The notes under the pieces: generated by a model
Told to the model about the DNA's origin: nothing
Databases searched by the model: none
Seen by the model: the letters and a program-made list of their open reading frames with translations, nothing else
In this document: one piece after another, positions 1 through 14,021 of the stretch
Position numbering within the stretch: position 1 is the first letter of the stretch
Layout: every line of letters starts with the position of its first letter
Translations under genes and position numbers: made by a program
Origin: Takakia lepidozioides
Taxonomy: Eukaryota; Plantae; Bryophyta
Assembly (NCBI GenBank): GCA_030704615.1
Contig: CM060731.1
Coordinates: 31,992,001 to 32,056,000 of the forward strand
DNA: 64,000 nucleotides
Direction: 5' to 3'

Positions 1-3000
1 ATAACTGGTTTGCCCAGGAATCTCCTTAAACTCTTAACATTCACGGGTGGTGGAGAGGCTTTAATGACTCGTCTTCATGGGATCCACAAGAAGTCCCTTC
101 TTACACACAATGTGTCCCAGAAGCCCCCCGGAGTTCACACAAAAGTAACTTCTCTGGATTCAAGCCCCAGACCTCTCATCCTATGCATCTGGCCAGAAAT
201 AACTCCAATTTATGCAAGTGCTCATTCTAGAGCGTACACAACTGAAATCATCCAAGAACACCTGCATGAAATCATCCAGATACTCATGAAAAGATTCACT
301 TATTACTCTCTAAAGGTTGCTGGTGCATTACAAAGTCCAAAGGGCAATGACTTTGTATGCATAGCACCCCAGTCTGTGATGAAAGCTGTCTTTCCTTGAT
401 CTTCTTCTGCCACTTGCACTTGATTATACCACTGAAGCCATCAATGAATGAGTACATCTCATGGCCTGCCACAGTGTCCAATACTCTGCTTCTGTGATGG
501 CAAAGGAAAGGATCTTCTTCGTACAAGCATTAGCTTCTTGTAGTTCACACCTACTCTTAGTTTACCATTCTTCTTTGGGAACTATAACAATGGGTGACAA
601 CCAAGTTGTATACTCTATTGGGGATATAAACTTAGCCTCAGCCAACTTCTTGATCTCTTCTCCAACCTTCTGTGCGTAGTTGGGATTCATCCTGTATCTC
701 GCCTGTTTAACTGGTAATTGATCCTGGTTCCATTCAATCTTATGTTGACAGATCTCAGGTGGTATCCCCTTCAGATCCTCATAGCTCCAAGCAAATACAT
801 CTCGGTATTTATGAACAGAACTCTTTTGCTTCCTCAAAGATTCTGCTCTAGATCCGCCCCTACCTTCACCATCCTTGGTTACTTCTCTGACCCACATTTA
901 CTTCCCTCACCTGCTCATCAGCTGTTATTGTCAAACCAGTCACCACTCACCCCACTTCATCCGTAAGCTCACAGTGGCTGTTCCTCTAGGATTTCCATTT
1001 CTCCTTCTTTTCTTCATAAAATGTGATGGTAACCTGATGGTTTCCTCTTCAGTTGGTGTTGCTGTCACTACACCCCAGCAGATACCTCTTAAACAACTTA
1101 GGCTTTCCAGCCGCATCTCTGCAAACCTGCTCCCCTCTGGTGTGTAGCAAAACAAGGTAAGCTTCCTGTTCCTCATCCAGTGCTTCTTTCCAATCATACT
1201 CTCTGACCCCCTCTTGGTCTTCTTGTAGCAATAGTCTTTCAGATTTCTTAGTGGTGATTTGTATCTTGTTTAACCCATCCTGCACAGTCAGTAATGTGAA
1301 TTCCATCATGAGACACCTTGCTTGTTTCAGCCATGGTCTTCCCAACCAATAAGGAATAAGCTTCCAGGACTTCATTCATCTTCACCGTTACTGTGATCTT
1401 AAGATCATCTTTGAATTGTGATTTAACTCCTCTGATTAATCCCAATGGCTGTACACTCCTTTGGTCTGCCATGTTTACTGTAAATGGGGCTGGTTTCATG
1501 TTGTTTAGACCTAGCTTCTGTCTCAATTGGTCTGTCATGATATTCACACCAGAGCCTCCATCTATCAGTACATCTGCCAGCTCTGTGCTTCCAATTCTCA
1601 ACTGGATAAAACGGGCATAGAATCATCAAAATCCATGACTGTTTCTTTGCCCTTCTGGCCTCACATTATAACTGGTCCACCTTGCTTTTTCAGGTCTGTG
1701 TTCTCTGTCAATTGGGCAAATCCTGTTGATTGCTTGATACAGCCTGTGTCTACAATAAGGTGCCACAATCTAATAGCTTCCCAATGGTAATTTCCACTTT
1801 GGACTGGCATATCAACTTCACCAATGTCCCTTTCCTTACTACTCTGCACTTCTGCAGCTTCCCTCTTTCCTTCTTCCTCCTGACCTCTTCTTCTCCTTCA
1901 GAGTCTGAGGAGTCTACCATGGGAATATTAGTATCTTCTTTATTCCCGTATGGTATCCGCCACTTCCTTGTGCAGTTCCTTCCTCACTCTCCAAGCCATC
2001 ATCTTCAGGCACATCACTGCCATCTTCATTATCATCAACTTCATCTTCCACTGGAGGTACTATTTGGCTCTGCTTCTTGTTACTATCATTGTACTCACTT
2101 CCGGTACAAACATGGCCTAACCATGTTGGGCTGCCACTACTGGCCCCATTCCCAGGAGCTCTCATCTCATTCTGGTGTCTGATCCAGAATGGACAGCCGC
2201 CTTACGATGTCCTGTCTGATTACAATAGTAACACAGTCTTCTCCATTTGGGTCCTCGCCCTGGTCTGCTCTGGATTATTTCTGTAATCCTGATTCCCTGG
2301 CTGGTAATTCCTCTTGGATTACCTCTCCCTTTCTAGGCCATTGTTATAACCACCTGTCCTCCTACCATAGTGGTCTTGATCATTGTTTCTTCTTGCTGGG
2401 GTTGCACTTGATGCACCCTTACTTGCCTAGGCTCTCTACTGCTGTTCTTCTGTTGTAGTAACAATTCTCTGTAGAATGGTTCCATTTTACAAATAGTGGC
2501 ATGTTTCTCCTTCATGTGGCATTTCAGTAGTGGTGTGGCCTTCTTCTGGCATGTTTGCACACCAACCACCCTTCCTCCAATGTGTTGCAGCCTCTGTGGC
2601 ATCTTTTTCAAGATTTCTTCCACTCTCTTCTCTTCAATTTTCCCTCTTTCATCTTTTTCCTTCTTTTTACTCTTCTTCTTATGCTCCATCTCCCTCTTCT
2701 TCTTCTCTTTTCTACTCATCCTCGAGTCTCTTCTTCTCTTTTCTCCTTCCTGAGCATTCCCAACTGCTCAATTCTGTTTGCTGTTTCAAATGCTCCTCCA
2801 CTGTATTGTGGGGTAACATGTCTACTTTCTTTTGCAACTCTGGCCTTAGTCCATTCACAAACCAAGCCTTCTGCAATCCCTGTGCTGGTATAGCAGCCAC
2901 CTTTTTCATCATCAACTCCATTTTCTCCATATACTCTTCAACAGTAATGCTTCTTCGCTTCAGCTGCTGTAACTCCCATACCTTCATCTCAGTTTTACTG

Positions 3001-4650
3001 GTCCTGAAACCTATTCGAACGCTGTACTCAAGCCATTCCAGGTTAGGAAATGATTATCATGGAATCTTGCATACCATTCACTGCTTTCTTTATAAGTGAA
3101 CACGGAAACAGTCTCATCTTGGCATCATCGCCATTCTCATTGTTCACTATACACATGTGCACAATTGGCTAATGTGTACATCAGGATCCCCTTTCCCCTG
3201 AATATATCGGAAAAAGTGGTTTAGCCCGTGTTGGTTGTAACGCCATCTGTCGACCCTACCTCTGCCCCGACAGTTGTGGCCTTTTGGCTGATGCTTGGTC
3301 CTTGTGGACCTGTAGTATTTGTGTGTTCTTCCACCAATTACTGGCCCCTGAACCCTTCCTGTTCCTGGCCTTTCTATATTCACAGTATTCCCAGCCTCAG
3401 TTGCACTACTTTCCCCACTCCCTGTCCCCCCAGAGCCAGATCCAGGTCTTCCGCCTGATCCCTCTGAGCCGACACCTTCGTTGGCCTGTGATCCAAGTGC
3501 TCCACTTGATCCAGGTTCAACGGGTTGGGATGTCCTGGTTGTAGTCTCAACCTCAGCTGCTGGGGTCTACTTCTTCATATTCTTCCTCTTCCAATTTTCT
3601 TCTCTCTGTTTTCATCCCCAAGTTCTGCCCTTGGTTTTCTTCTTCTTCACTCATGTAAACTATTTTTTAATAATGTTGGAGAGTTTGAATCTCCGCTGGT
3701 TCTCTGCATCCTCCTCTTCTGCTCTCGAAACTGGATTTCCTGCTCTTGGTGTTCCATGCCAACTCTTATCAAAGATTTCTCTGCCAAATCTTTTATCCAG
3801 GGATGTACCTCAGATCTTCCACCTCGTGGTTGATCTTCTTCCTCTGCCAAGTCCCTTAATCTTTCTTGCAAAGAAAAAGAAGGTGTGGTATCCAACTCTA
3901 GTCTCCTCTGGTATAGGTGATGTACTCCCTGATCTCAATGGTGTGAGAGGTCCAGATGATTCCTCAATGTCTATTCCTCTCTCCCACAGGTATGGATAAT
4001 GAGCTTCAGATAACTTTCTATTTTTGCTGAATATCTTGGAGTCTAGCTTCTTTTTCATCACTCATGTCCCATATCTTTCATTTCTTTTAGTGTGGCAACA
4101 ACCAAAATCTCTCCTGTAGTATCTCTCGTATATGCCTGGGTTTCTTTCCAGCTTCAATTACCTTTGGCTATACTGAAGTCTCCGTTACCATATAACCATA
4201 TGGTAAACAAGTCTGAAAAGCTGTTCTTGTGTAAGTTTGATCCACAAGATATCCTTTGGAATCCAATTCTTTACCAGACAAGGCTCTTCATGCATATGAG
4301 TGTAAACATTCACTTTCCTTTCTCCCAGCTTTCAACTCTCTACCCGCTTATAGATAGCAAGGCTATCACATAAACCAATGTTGGTACCACCATGCTCTTC
4401 CTCTACAGGCTACCTGATAAATCTTTATCACTCCTTTCTCCAGACCCCCATTCCGGATCGGCATCATGCACTCGCTTAAGAATATTTTCTTTACAAAACC
4501 GTCTGGCAATTCCAAGAACCTTTGAAAGAAATTGTTTGGACAATCTTTCTTCCTTCGTTCCACAGGGAATTTGATTCACTTCAAATTCTTTAAATCCTCC
4601 AACCACCATGATCCCACCAGATGCCTGTCACATCTGGTTGTTCATGACTC
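1..4650 (-). pseudogene. Frameshifted gag-pol of element A (N-terminal extension, gag, aspartic protease, reverse transcriptase)
   Basis: ORF fragments 3810-4061, 3147-3383, 2712-2987, 2333-2719, 1248-1601, 562-897 and 296-526 are collinear with the equivalent fragments of element C. Confidence 0.9.
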
Positions 4651-4653
4651 AGT

Positions 4654-4671
4654 TCCCCAGTATGGTCGCCA
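4654..4671 (-). promoter_or_regulatory. Primer binding site TGGCGACCATACTGGGGA of element A
   Basis: Lies 2 nt after the LTR-terminal CA. An identical motif occurs at 32753-32770. It resembles the tRNA-Arg-type PBS of Tat/Ogre elements. Confidence 0.85.
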
Positions 4672-4673
4672 AA

Positions 4674-5514
4674 TGTCGCGCGGCTCTACTCACCCATCCC
4701 TTCGCTATCCGAGGCGGACTCAATAGAAGAGTTGGAAATCTCTAAGTACTCAGCCCGCCAGCCAATCAGTCATGACCTACAGCTAGTGTATCATGGAGTG
4801 TTTCTATTTGTTTCCTGCCCTCCCGCATTCATGTTAGCTAGTTCCCTTACGCTGCTGGTAATTAGGTAGCAGTTTGCTCATCAATCATCCATTCATTCCA
4901 ACAGCTTCACTCAGATCCTCTACACAATGTGAGTATAAGTGTGTATCAGATAATATTATCAAGTATCAGGCTAAAGTCCTGTAGCTCTAATCTGCTCTAC
5001 ATTATATTCTACTGCTTGCTATCTTAAGCATCACAGATCCTCCCTCCTACTTCCGTGCTCTCCATCTTTCTACTCAGAATACGCTATCCTCCTTTCCCCA
5101 TGATGTCCGAAGTCTCCGCCTCAGAAGGCCCCCCTCTCGTCTCCGCTGCCCGCTTTATATCCCTTCCCCCCCCTGTTCTACAACTATTTTCCTTCACTAA
5201 TCGTCCTCCGTGAATTACATGTTCCCCGGCAGATGTTGTTCCCCACAGTCGTTCCCTGTCATGATAAACCGTTCCCTATGACTGTGACAGTGTGCCAGAC
5301 TTGACGGCTGTGTCGGGCTTGTGTCGGGCTTGTGACTACTGTGTATGGCTTTGTATGGCTGGTGACTGGCTGTACGGGCTGTGATTGTGTCGGGCTGTGT
5401 ATGGCTGTGACGGGCTGCTTTAAAAATTAAGGTACCCCTCAGAAACCATAGAAGGTCTAAGTCCCAGACTCCACAGAACCCATAAAAATGCCTAGTGCCA
5501 GCTGCCTCCTAACA
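4674..5514 (-). repeat. 5' LTR of element A (~840 bp)
   Basis: TG...CA ends. Shares GGTACC(C)TTAATTTT, the CACAGCC tract and the terminal CCTCGGATAGCGAAGGGATGGGTGAGTA with the LTR at 26482-27664. Confidence 0.88.
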
Positions 5515-7100
5515 GGTGTTAGCCCAAAATGTTACAGGAAATATAGATTCACCTGGTGTACTATGCTAGCAGGTTGATGAACAGTGCTGAAAGGAACTAC
5601 AGCACAACTGAAAAAAAACACTGGCAATGATTTATGCAGTCAAGAATTCAGGCATTACCTATTGGGAAAAAGTTTATGTTTTATGTGGATCACCAGGCTC
5701 TGATATTCTGGTGAACAAACCTTTGATAAGTGGCTGGATAGCAAGGTGGTTAATAATCTTGCACGAGTTTGAGTTCGAAGTGTTTACAAGCCTGGCTGTT
5801 TGCATCTTGGGCAGATCATTTGTCACCCTAACAACAGAGAGACCGCCACAGGAGTAACGACAATTGCCTGATGCGAGTTTATTTGCAATGGAGGTGCAAG
5901 GAAGTGCAAATGAATGGTTAGATTGGCAGTGGCCATCAGATACTACCTTACTCATGGTCAGTGCCCACCTAGTTATGGTAAGGAGCAGAGGAAGAAATCG
6001 CTATCAAAGCTTTACCTTATACTATGGTAGGGGGCAGAATGTATAGCTAGGACCTGATGGAGTCTTAAACGATGCTTGTACCACCATGAAGTAAATAAAG
6101 TTTTGGAGGAAGTTCATAAAGGATGGCTGGAGGACATTTTGGAGAAGAGACTACCAGTATGAAGATACTCTTGCAGGTTATTGGTGCCTACTTTGTTCAG
6201 GATGTACACAAGTATTGTCATAGAGTTGTGATGAATGTCAGAGGCTAGGACCTTTGCAGAGATCTGGGAAGATGGCTTTGCATCCTACGATGCCTACTGA
6301 ACCCTTTCAAATGGGACTAGACTTTGTTGGACCATTAACCCCCAGCCAAGAATACACAGACACGTATATAATTACAACAGCCACACTTATACTACGAAGT
6401 GGGTGGAAGCAAAGCTCTGAGGACAACACAGCCAATCCACACAAGGTTCATATTGAGAACATACTTACACGATGGCTGTCCTTGATTTATCAGTGACCAG
6501 GGAAGTCACTTCATTAATGAGACCATTGAACCTTGCTAAAGAGTTCATGATTGTGCATAAGAAGAGTACAACGATTACCACAGGGTAATGGGCAGGCAGA
6601 GGCTACCAACAAATTACTATGTACTATCTTGGCTAAGATAGTCAATGCAACAGAACGGATTGGGATACAAAGCTGCTGACAGCTTTGTGGTCATACAGAC
6701 TTTTATAAAGTCACCACTAAGTATACACATTCCAATTAGTTTATGGTATGGAAGCTTTACTTCCAGTGGAATTCTTGTTACCTACCATGAGAACGGAATG
6801 GGGAAAGAGAATGGATGGGAAGATTAATTAAGGTCAGGAAACATGAATTATACCAGTGGAAGAAGTACGTGCTGATGCACTGATACATGACCAGAATTCG
6901 ATGAAGAGGAAGAACAGTTGATGAAACAATTAAGACTTTTAAGCGACGGGAGATTTGGTTCTCTCTCTCTGTTGTAAAGAAGGGGAAGATTAAAGCTTCT
7001 AAGCTTAATCACCATGGAAAGGACCTATGTCATACAGAAGATGTATGATAACCACCACCGCCATGTTACAAACCATTAACAAAGAGATGCTGGGAGAGTC
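5515..7100 (+). pseudogene. Degenerate RNase H and integrase of element B
   Basis: Motifs are read across frameshifts; ORF fragments 5627-5857, 5864-6046 and 6254-6496. Confidence 0.88.
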
Positions 7101-9136
7101 ATGCCATAATTTGAGGGGTAATCCATGACAAACCTTGCAGCACACGATTTGCTGTTGAAACGCAAAACAGTCACGGGCTGCGCCAGTGATACCAACGGTA
7201 TGGAGCCTTGTCGCTAAGCCGAGCATATATGACCAGGGCGGGAACTACAGGTGTTCGCATCCTATCACAGCCCATCACAACACAGCGTGACACAGCCATC
7301 CCAGCCCATCCAGTGCCAAACACGCCTATCACAGCTCAACACACAAGCCTACCGGTGTTCACAATAGTCCATAGGATCAGTGACAGGTGGACGTGGGTAC
7401 ATCCGAGAGTGGCCGGCTTAGAACTGGACACGTGGACGCCAGGGCAGACACACATCCCCGGACCTGAATTGCAAGACGGGTGTCTTACAGAAGGAAAGAC
7501 AAATTGGCCGTCAAAGTACCTCCCCGGCACGTTAACCGCATTTTTTATTGTGGGCCCATTAATGCATACAGGAAGGGTAACGGAACCCTTTACAGTACCA
7601 AAGCGAAATCCCTGTCACAAGTTCTATCCTAGTGGACAGTCCATGGGGAAAATCCACGGAAGGGATTAAATTACAAACCATCACAGAGCCAACAGCTAAT
7701 CATGAGCCAGAATTACATGCAGAGGGTATTTTCCAAGAAGCAAGATCAAGAATTTAGAGAAATTAATGAGCGCAAGAGTCGGCTTGGTTCCGGTAACGGA
7801 CGTCTCGACAGGGGAGACCCAATCAAGCTAAGTTTTGAAGCTATGGCAGAAAATAAAAACTACCACGCTCGCCTTACTACTTACCAGTGGCCAGGACATA
7901 CGAACGGGAGTACATTTTCTCTAATCGATACTTGCCAGCCCCACAGGCTACAAGCACTTACCCCATTTCTTCTGTTCCAACCCTACCTTCATGCGTGCCC
8001 TGCAAGCTTTCCTTCAGCTGTTTCAAACAAAGCCTTCTGTTGTCTAGATGAAGAGAGTGATGGGAATGGAGGATCTCGGTTAAGAGCCGACGATACTGCA
8101 GAAGCAAACAATTGCGCACCGCAGGCAGTACGCTGCTACGGAGTTGCGATTGAAAGGGATTGCTACGCAAGGACTTGTCCTTGCATCATCGACTTCATGA
8201 TACAATTTCTTTCTTTCTTCAGAATTTTGAGCCTCGGACGGGAAGTTTACTCAGGTGAGGGAAGTAGATATAGACATTACTGACTCCCCAATACCCTGCA
8301 GCAATTGTTTGATTTGCCATCAGACATGTTGATGTGGATGAGCCACAGGGCAAGATTGCAGATAGGGATTGTTCCAAGAAGGGAGTTTCTTTAAAACTCA
8401 AGGGCTACTCTGTACCAAAGCCGAGTACCCAGGGCTTAGGGAGTTGGCCAAATATTGAACGTTCTGTTTGCCATGAAACAGAACCAACAGTTATTTGAGC
8501 AGTCATTCACAGAGGATATCCTGAAAGCTTTGAGGGGAGAGGATTCGCTTGGCGGATTAATGTACAATGGATTGGTGACAAGATGAAGAGGTTACAGGCA
8601 CTGCTGCTAATCTCTCCGATCATTGTGTCTCCGGATCATTGTGGTCCCGATCCAGTCATTGCCGCCCAAATCCTTCTTGATTCTCTGCATACTTGATACT
8701 CGGAGACGTAAGAGATGATGGGAGTGTTTGAGCAGAACCACTGCACTTCGAAGAGCAAGGCTCTTCACAACCGTGAGGGTGACTAACACCGCAACAGCCA
8801 GTTTAGAACAGAGGCGAGGTATGACGTGTGTGGCGGATCCACTGGCTTCATCAATTCCACGAACCGCACGATAATGTTTGCCAACTCTTGTGTAGGTGGG
8901 GCCAGCAGCACAGAGAGCTGCTATTATTGGAACGGCCTTCAGAGGGAAGAGAAGTCACTTCAAATACCACAGCCACCAACCAGTGACTCAGTTATTTTAG
9001 AGGTTCCACAGTTAGTATATGTTTGACAATCACCCCATTGCTCTGGAAGGAGAAAGGTTGGACATTCCCACTACAGAGCAGGTCTGTGGCCGAAATTGAG
9101 AGGTGACTTCTCTATGAAAACTGTGGCTTGGTAAGG

Positions 9137-9240
9137 GAGGTTTACTATTTCATGAGCAGAAACCATGAGCCATGAGCCATGAGCCGCATGAGCCGCATGA
9201 GCGGTGAGCCGAAGTCTAAGATACGCGGATTTCATGAGCG
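9137..9240 (+). repeat. Left TIR and subterminal CATGAGC tandem repeats of the MULE
   Basis: catgagc/catgagccg is repeated about 7 times and is mirrored as gctcatg at the right end. Confidence 0.85.
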
Positions 9241-9987
9241 GACTCCTCCAAATTTGGAAATGCGGCAGATTAAACAAGTATTAAAATAATAGTTTTTTAT
9301 TTGACCTTGCCGTTTTTGGACGTTCCAGATCATGTAATGCGGCGAAGATATGTCGTCAGTAACAAGTCCGCTCATGGTTTTATAGATCCGCTCATGGAAA
9401 TAAGTGACCGTGCAACGGGAAATCCAGTATACCACTGCAAAAGGACGTCGCATACTGGCCTGTATAGAGTATTCCGCGGTTTTACATGCCTTAACATTGG
9501 AATGAAGCTGACCCTTTTGCCGCGATTGAACCAATGGAGTCTGCACCAATACAGTCTGCAGTACTTCACAATTCTGTCTTCTTCGGGTATTCGGCGGGAA
9601 AGGTTTGCAACTGAACTGGGAAATAGGGTGCCGCATTAGGGTTCGCACGTGCGAAATTTCGGAGCGGTTTGGTGTTGGCGAAGGCCGCCTCTGGGGGTAC
9701 CTACGACGATACTTGGAAATTCGGCGCCGCATTTCCTTGTCGGAGGTCGAATGAGGAGAGCAAGTTTTCGGAAAGCAGAAAAACATGAACCCTCCAACAT
9801 ACAAAAATACATGCACGTGGAAACAAGTGAACGATATAGTAATATCTTAGTTCGATCAAAACAGGTTACTGGTAGGCAAGACATATGTCGGACCTTTGTG
9901 TGGCCAGAGTCTGAGGTACTGGCAGCAGTACAGTTCTACTATCCGAAAAGGATGGGCGTACCATTGTATGTGGACCGCAAGCCAAGC

Positions 9988-12900
9988 TCACTGGTCCCCT
10001 GGATCCATATTCAGAAGAGTGTGAACCTCCTGGGGGCTCAACCCTGGTGCATGTATGAAGTGATGAGTTGTGGAATTACAACGGAGTCTCTTTAGGTACA
10101 CGTAGTACAAATGCTTGCAAGGGCAGTATGATGCCCCCTTGTTCGCCATGATCTGGAAGTCGGTGCAATTGCAGGTGGGTAATTCTGAAATGGTGATGGT
10201 GTACACCTCATTGCGAACAGCTGAGCCCGCCGTGGCCATCTGATACACACGCCCGAATCCTGGTGGGGGCACTTCTGTCGAGCTCTGGATTGTACAGTTC
10301 ATCCGAAGTGCATTCCCCATCCTTGTCTCGTTCACTTTTGAGGGAGGTCGCCGCCTCTTCGGTTTCCCCCAACGGTGTGTAGGATGCTTAGAGCTGTCGT
10401 GTCCCATTGTTCTTGCTCTCACAGGGGTCGGTGGTGGAGGCTGTGGAAGCGGAAATGGTTGTCTGGGGACGTCAGTGCGCTGCACCATCCGAAATCCTGC
10501 GGCGGTAAGGGCGTCGGCCTCAACCTGACTCAGATCGCAGCCTGGTTCCACCGGCCACACCGGGGGAGCCTCTGGCATTGTCTGTATGCCGTACTTGGGC
10601 TTTCCATACACGCAAGTCATAATGTCGTGCCTGCAGAACCAGAACTGGGTGGTTGTCGCCTCCGCAAACTTTGCATGGACAAATCTTCCTGTAAAAGTAG
10701 GAGCAGGGACAGCCCCATCTGGATTCCTCCTTATCATCTCTAAACAACGTTGCCGTGTATCCACACGAATTGCGGAACACCTTCCTCGAAACGACGGCTT
10801 TGTGCGAGCAATTCTCCACTGTGAGGCAGACACAGTCGTCTCCACAATGGCTTGGCCATACTGCATAACAGCGGGCGGAATGTGGGGCAAGGGAGCGGTG
10901 GGAATTTGTTGCACGAAATCCCCGGTTGAAGGCGACGGCGATCTGGAATTTCTTGGGCTTCCACTGCTGGAAGACACATTGTGCGGCAACATGACGGGAC
11001 CTCGAGGTGCTGTCCGAATGTTCCTGTCGGATCTCCAGGAATCCTCTTCGCACCCGGGTTCCTCTTCAATCCTCCGCCTGACAGGGCGAGTCCGGACGTC
11101 CCCCTCTAGGTGTTCACCTCTGCGGTGCAGAGGCGTCCCTTTGATCTTCTCTCGCAATGCTGTCGCCCATTTCACTGGATTCTTGGACCTCGAAGCTGTT
11201 CGTACCAACAATTCCTCCCTGTCCGGCCCAAAGCCCCATTGTTTGCCGCTCAGGAACTTGTAGTACGTGGCTTGCTGCATGATTGCTCTGTCGATGTCCT
11301 CCGTTGTGGCCGTCACTACGTCCACCAGATGTGCGGCAGAAGACGCTCGCCAGGAGGAGTGGACCGATTCTGCCATATTCGTGTTCGGCATGTCCGTGTC
11401 GGAATCCAAGCACCGCTCCTAGAAGGACACAAACAACGGTGAGGGACCAATCGAAATGTCCGTAACAGAAAGACAAATGAACGAAATTGACAGCAGCCTA
11501 CCTCCCGCATGTACTGTCCGAACTGTCGATACCGAAAATGCCACCACCCCAACCAGCTGTGCAATGCTCCCAGATTGGTTGTCTCCACTGCACCTGACGT
11601 GTTCCACCAAGCCTCGATGATAGCAAACTTAACCTCCGCGTCATCAAATGTGGGTGCATCCTTCCACGCCGTACAAAGGACACGGTGTTCAGCCTGGAAT
11701 GAGCTAGCAACAAATTTGGTAGTGTAGTGGGATAGACTCTGCATCCAATGGAATCCACAGGATCTCTCTTTCCCCTCCATTGGAACATTGGGGTCCTCAC
11801 CGTACACACGCCGCACCGCTGCCCAGTTGGCCTGAGCGTTGTCTGCCATGAATCCCCTGAAATTGGGCTCTGGCAATCCCGCCCTTGCCATCTGCTCGTT
11901 TATGCCCTCCCACAGATGCATCTCGGACTGTGTGTCCTCCCCTTTCATCTCGCAGATTGCAATCGTCATGAGCCTCTTGGAGTGATAGTCATAAACATGC
12001 GCACCCATAGTCACCCACTGATGGTTTGTAATTCGCTTGATGTGATCAAACATCACCCAAGCATTCGACAAGTTTCCAGTTGTCATGCGAGTGACCAAGT
12101 CGACTCCACTCCCAGGCCCACACGTCGACATTTTGAAAATGTAACAACGATCGGATTCGCTGCCTTGCCCTGGAAACCTGCTACCTTGGATGTAGTCATA
12201 TCCAGTCATTCGTTTCACCTCCAGGATTGAGTACATGTCCGACCCCCTGCCGAACTCCTGCTTGCAAGATACGATGTGATTCCGCACATTCGGACTACAA
12301 ACGTGCGAGACGGACTCCAAGAGGTCACGCATCTCGTCTTCGGTCAAGGGCTCTCGGTCGGAACCATCTTCAGACATGATTTTGCCAAGAGCAATCTTGT
12401 GGGCTGCCTTCAGCTGAATCTGCTTTGGTCTGGCTCCGGGGCTCAATTTCACCTCCTCTTTTATGATGTCGTGTGCTTCCTGCACAGCCTCACGCATGTT
12501 GCCTCTCGCCAAGGGTGGCAGTGGACCCCAACGTGTATGCAAGCTCTAGTCAAGTCCGGGAGCAAATGGATTACGTAATATTGCTTGGCTCTGCACATGG
12601 ACATGCACGTCGGTGGTTCTTTGCAATGTGCACACTTGAAAGAACCCGCAGGAGCTTGGCTGGAGACAATGAATGGATGATGCGTTGTGCCAGTCCAATC
12701 CGTCTCGTTTCTCCGCCCTCCTTTGGAGAGAAAGTGGAAGCAGGTGGGATTGAGGCACCTCAGCTTCCCCGCACAGAGGACATATCGTACACGAACACCA
12801 TCAGCAATTTTCGTGCTACTGGTCTTCGTCACACACCAGGGGTGTCCGTCATGCTTTCGATCCATGTCTGTTAACATCCCGGAGGCTTTCTTTGACGAAG

Positions 12901-13594
12901 AAACAGGTGGAAACTCGAAGATGACATTGCCATCGACTTCGGGAGGCAGAAAAGTTACCTTTCTGACTGGGAATTTGGCATAGTCGAGAGCAGCCAGCTC
13001 GGAGCGAGAACCATCGAGGTGATGTTGTCGTAGGAGCTGCACAATGGACCGGGTTGGAGTTATGCTCGAGGGCACATGCGTAGCACCTACAGAGACGTCC
13101 ATGCCGGATTTGAACGACCGTGTGGAGGACATGGGTACCTCAATGCAATCATCTTCCTCGTCGGAAATGTCGAATACGTCCACACGAGAAGCTATGGAGG
13201 GTCTTGACGGTCCAGGTCGGGAATGATTATCGTTGCATACCTCTCTGTTGGCAGTGGCCGCCTCTCGGTTTCCGGACTCCTTTGTGGATGGTGTGGGCAG
13301 CGACTGATTCGGAAAGGGAATGGGCATTCCCACAGCTCGGTACAGGATGGTGTCTGACGGGGGAACGTGCCATTCGATTCCGCAACCTCCGTCGTTACCT
13401 AGCACGACAATGGTCTCGTCAACCTGTCCAGGAACATCCTTCCTTTCTTCTTCCAAATAAACTGTGCCCGGTTTGAGCTTGAATTTGGAACAAAGGTAAG
13501 TTTCAGTCACTCTGCAAAGTCCTCCCTCGTTTGGGATCCAGGCTCTCCCAAGTTGCGGAGGACAGCAAACTATAGCGTAGGAATTCGGAGCCAT
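9988..13594 (-). CDS. MULE transposase (N-terminal GCM/WRKY-like zinc domain, DDE catalytic domain, C-terminal SWIM zinc finger); 2 exons, one 1-bp frameshift
   Basis: Motifs KHDGHPW...CAGKLRCLNPTC..CAHC..HCH, VMFDH (D1), FMADNAQANWAAVRRVY (D2), CGFHW (CxxH), NTNMAESVH (E) and SWIM TCNCTDF..CPCKHL. A GT-AG intron at 11501-11419 joins the exons in frame. Frameshift at ~12513. The start (MAPNSY) is a best guess. Confidence 0.9.
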
Positions 13595-14021
13595 CGAACA
13601 CCGCACGGAGTTGGCAAGTGCGAGGTTCAGTATAGCGACAGACCAAGGCTCACAGGCACCATCTAAGTGGATCTGCGGAGTCCATCGACAATTGGAAGTC
13701 GCACATTGAAGTGGAAAGTATTGTTTCAAGCTACATGCATGAAGGTGGGAGGTTTGATTCCATAGCCAGTGAGTAGGACAATGATGGCCGATTCGGCGAC
13801 GAAATAACATCTCCTGACAGTTTCTCCTGAGGGTGGATCCAGCAGTATTCTCGGTGCAGACAGGAACGTTCGCACTGACAAGTGCCAGGACTGCTGGTTA
13901 AAACGGTCAGACAACCAAGTTGTGCTCATCAAGACTGGCCGCAATTGTGTTGTTTCGGAACAATGCAACCCATTGAGGTTCCAGATTTCCCGTCCCGAGT
14001 GATTCTGTCGATTGCTGGTGG

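Larger units (their letters stand above)
1..5514 (-). mobile_element. Ty3/gypsy LTR retrotransposon A (non-chromovirus, Tat/Ogre-like PBS); 5' LTR, gag, protease and RT present, 3' part outside the window
   Basis: 5' LTR at 4674-5514 (TGTTAG...CGACA on the minus strand), followed by a PBS. Gag fragments (KGDPDVHISQL; zinc knuckle), protease (VLIDGGSGVNIM) and RT (YRMNPNY, WLSPIVIVPK, YSFIDGFSG). Many frameshifts. Confidence 0.93.

Noticed and set aside
7702-9026. ORFs 7702-8283 and 8826-9026 as independent genes
   Set aside because: They lie inside LTR element B, show no motifs, and are probably spacer or decayed 5' parts of the extra ORF.
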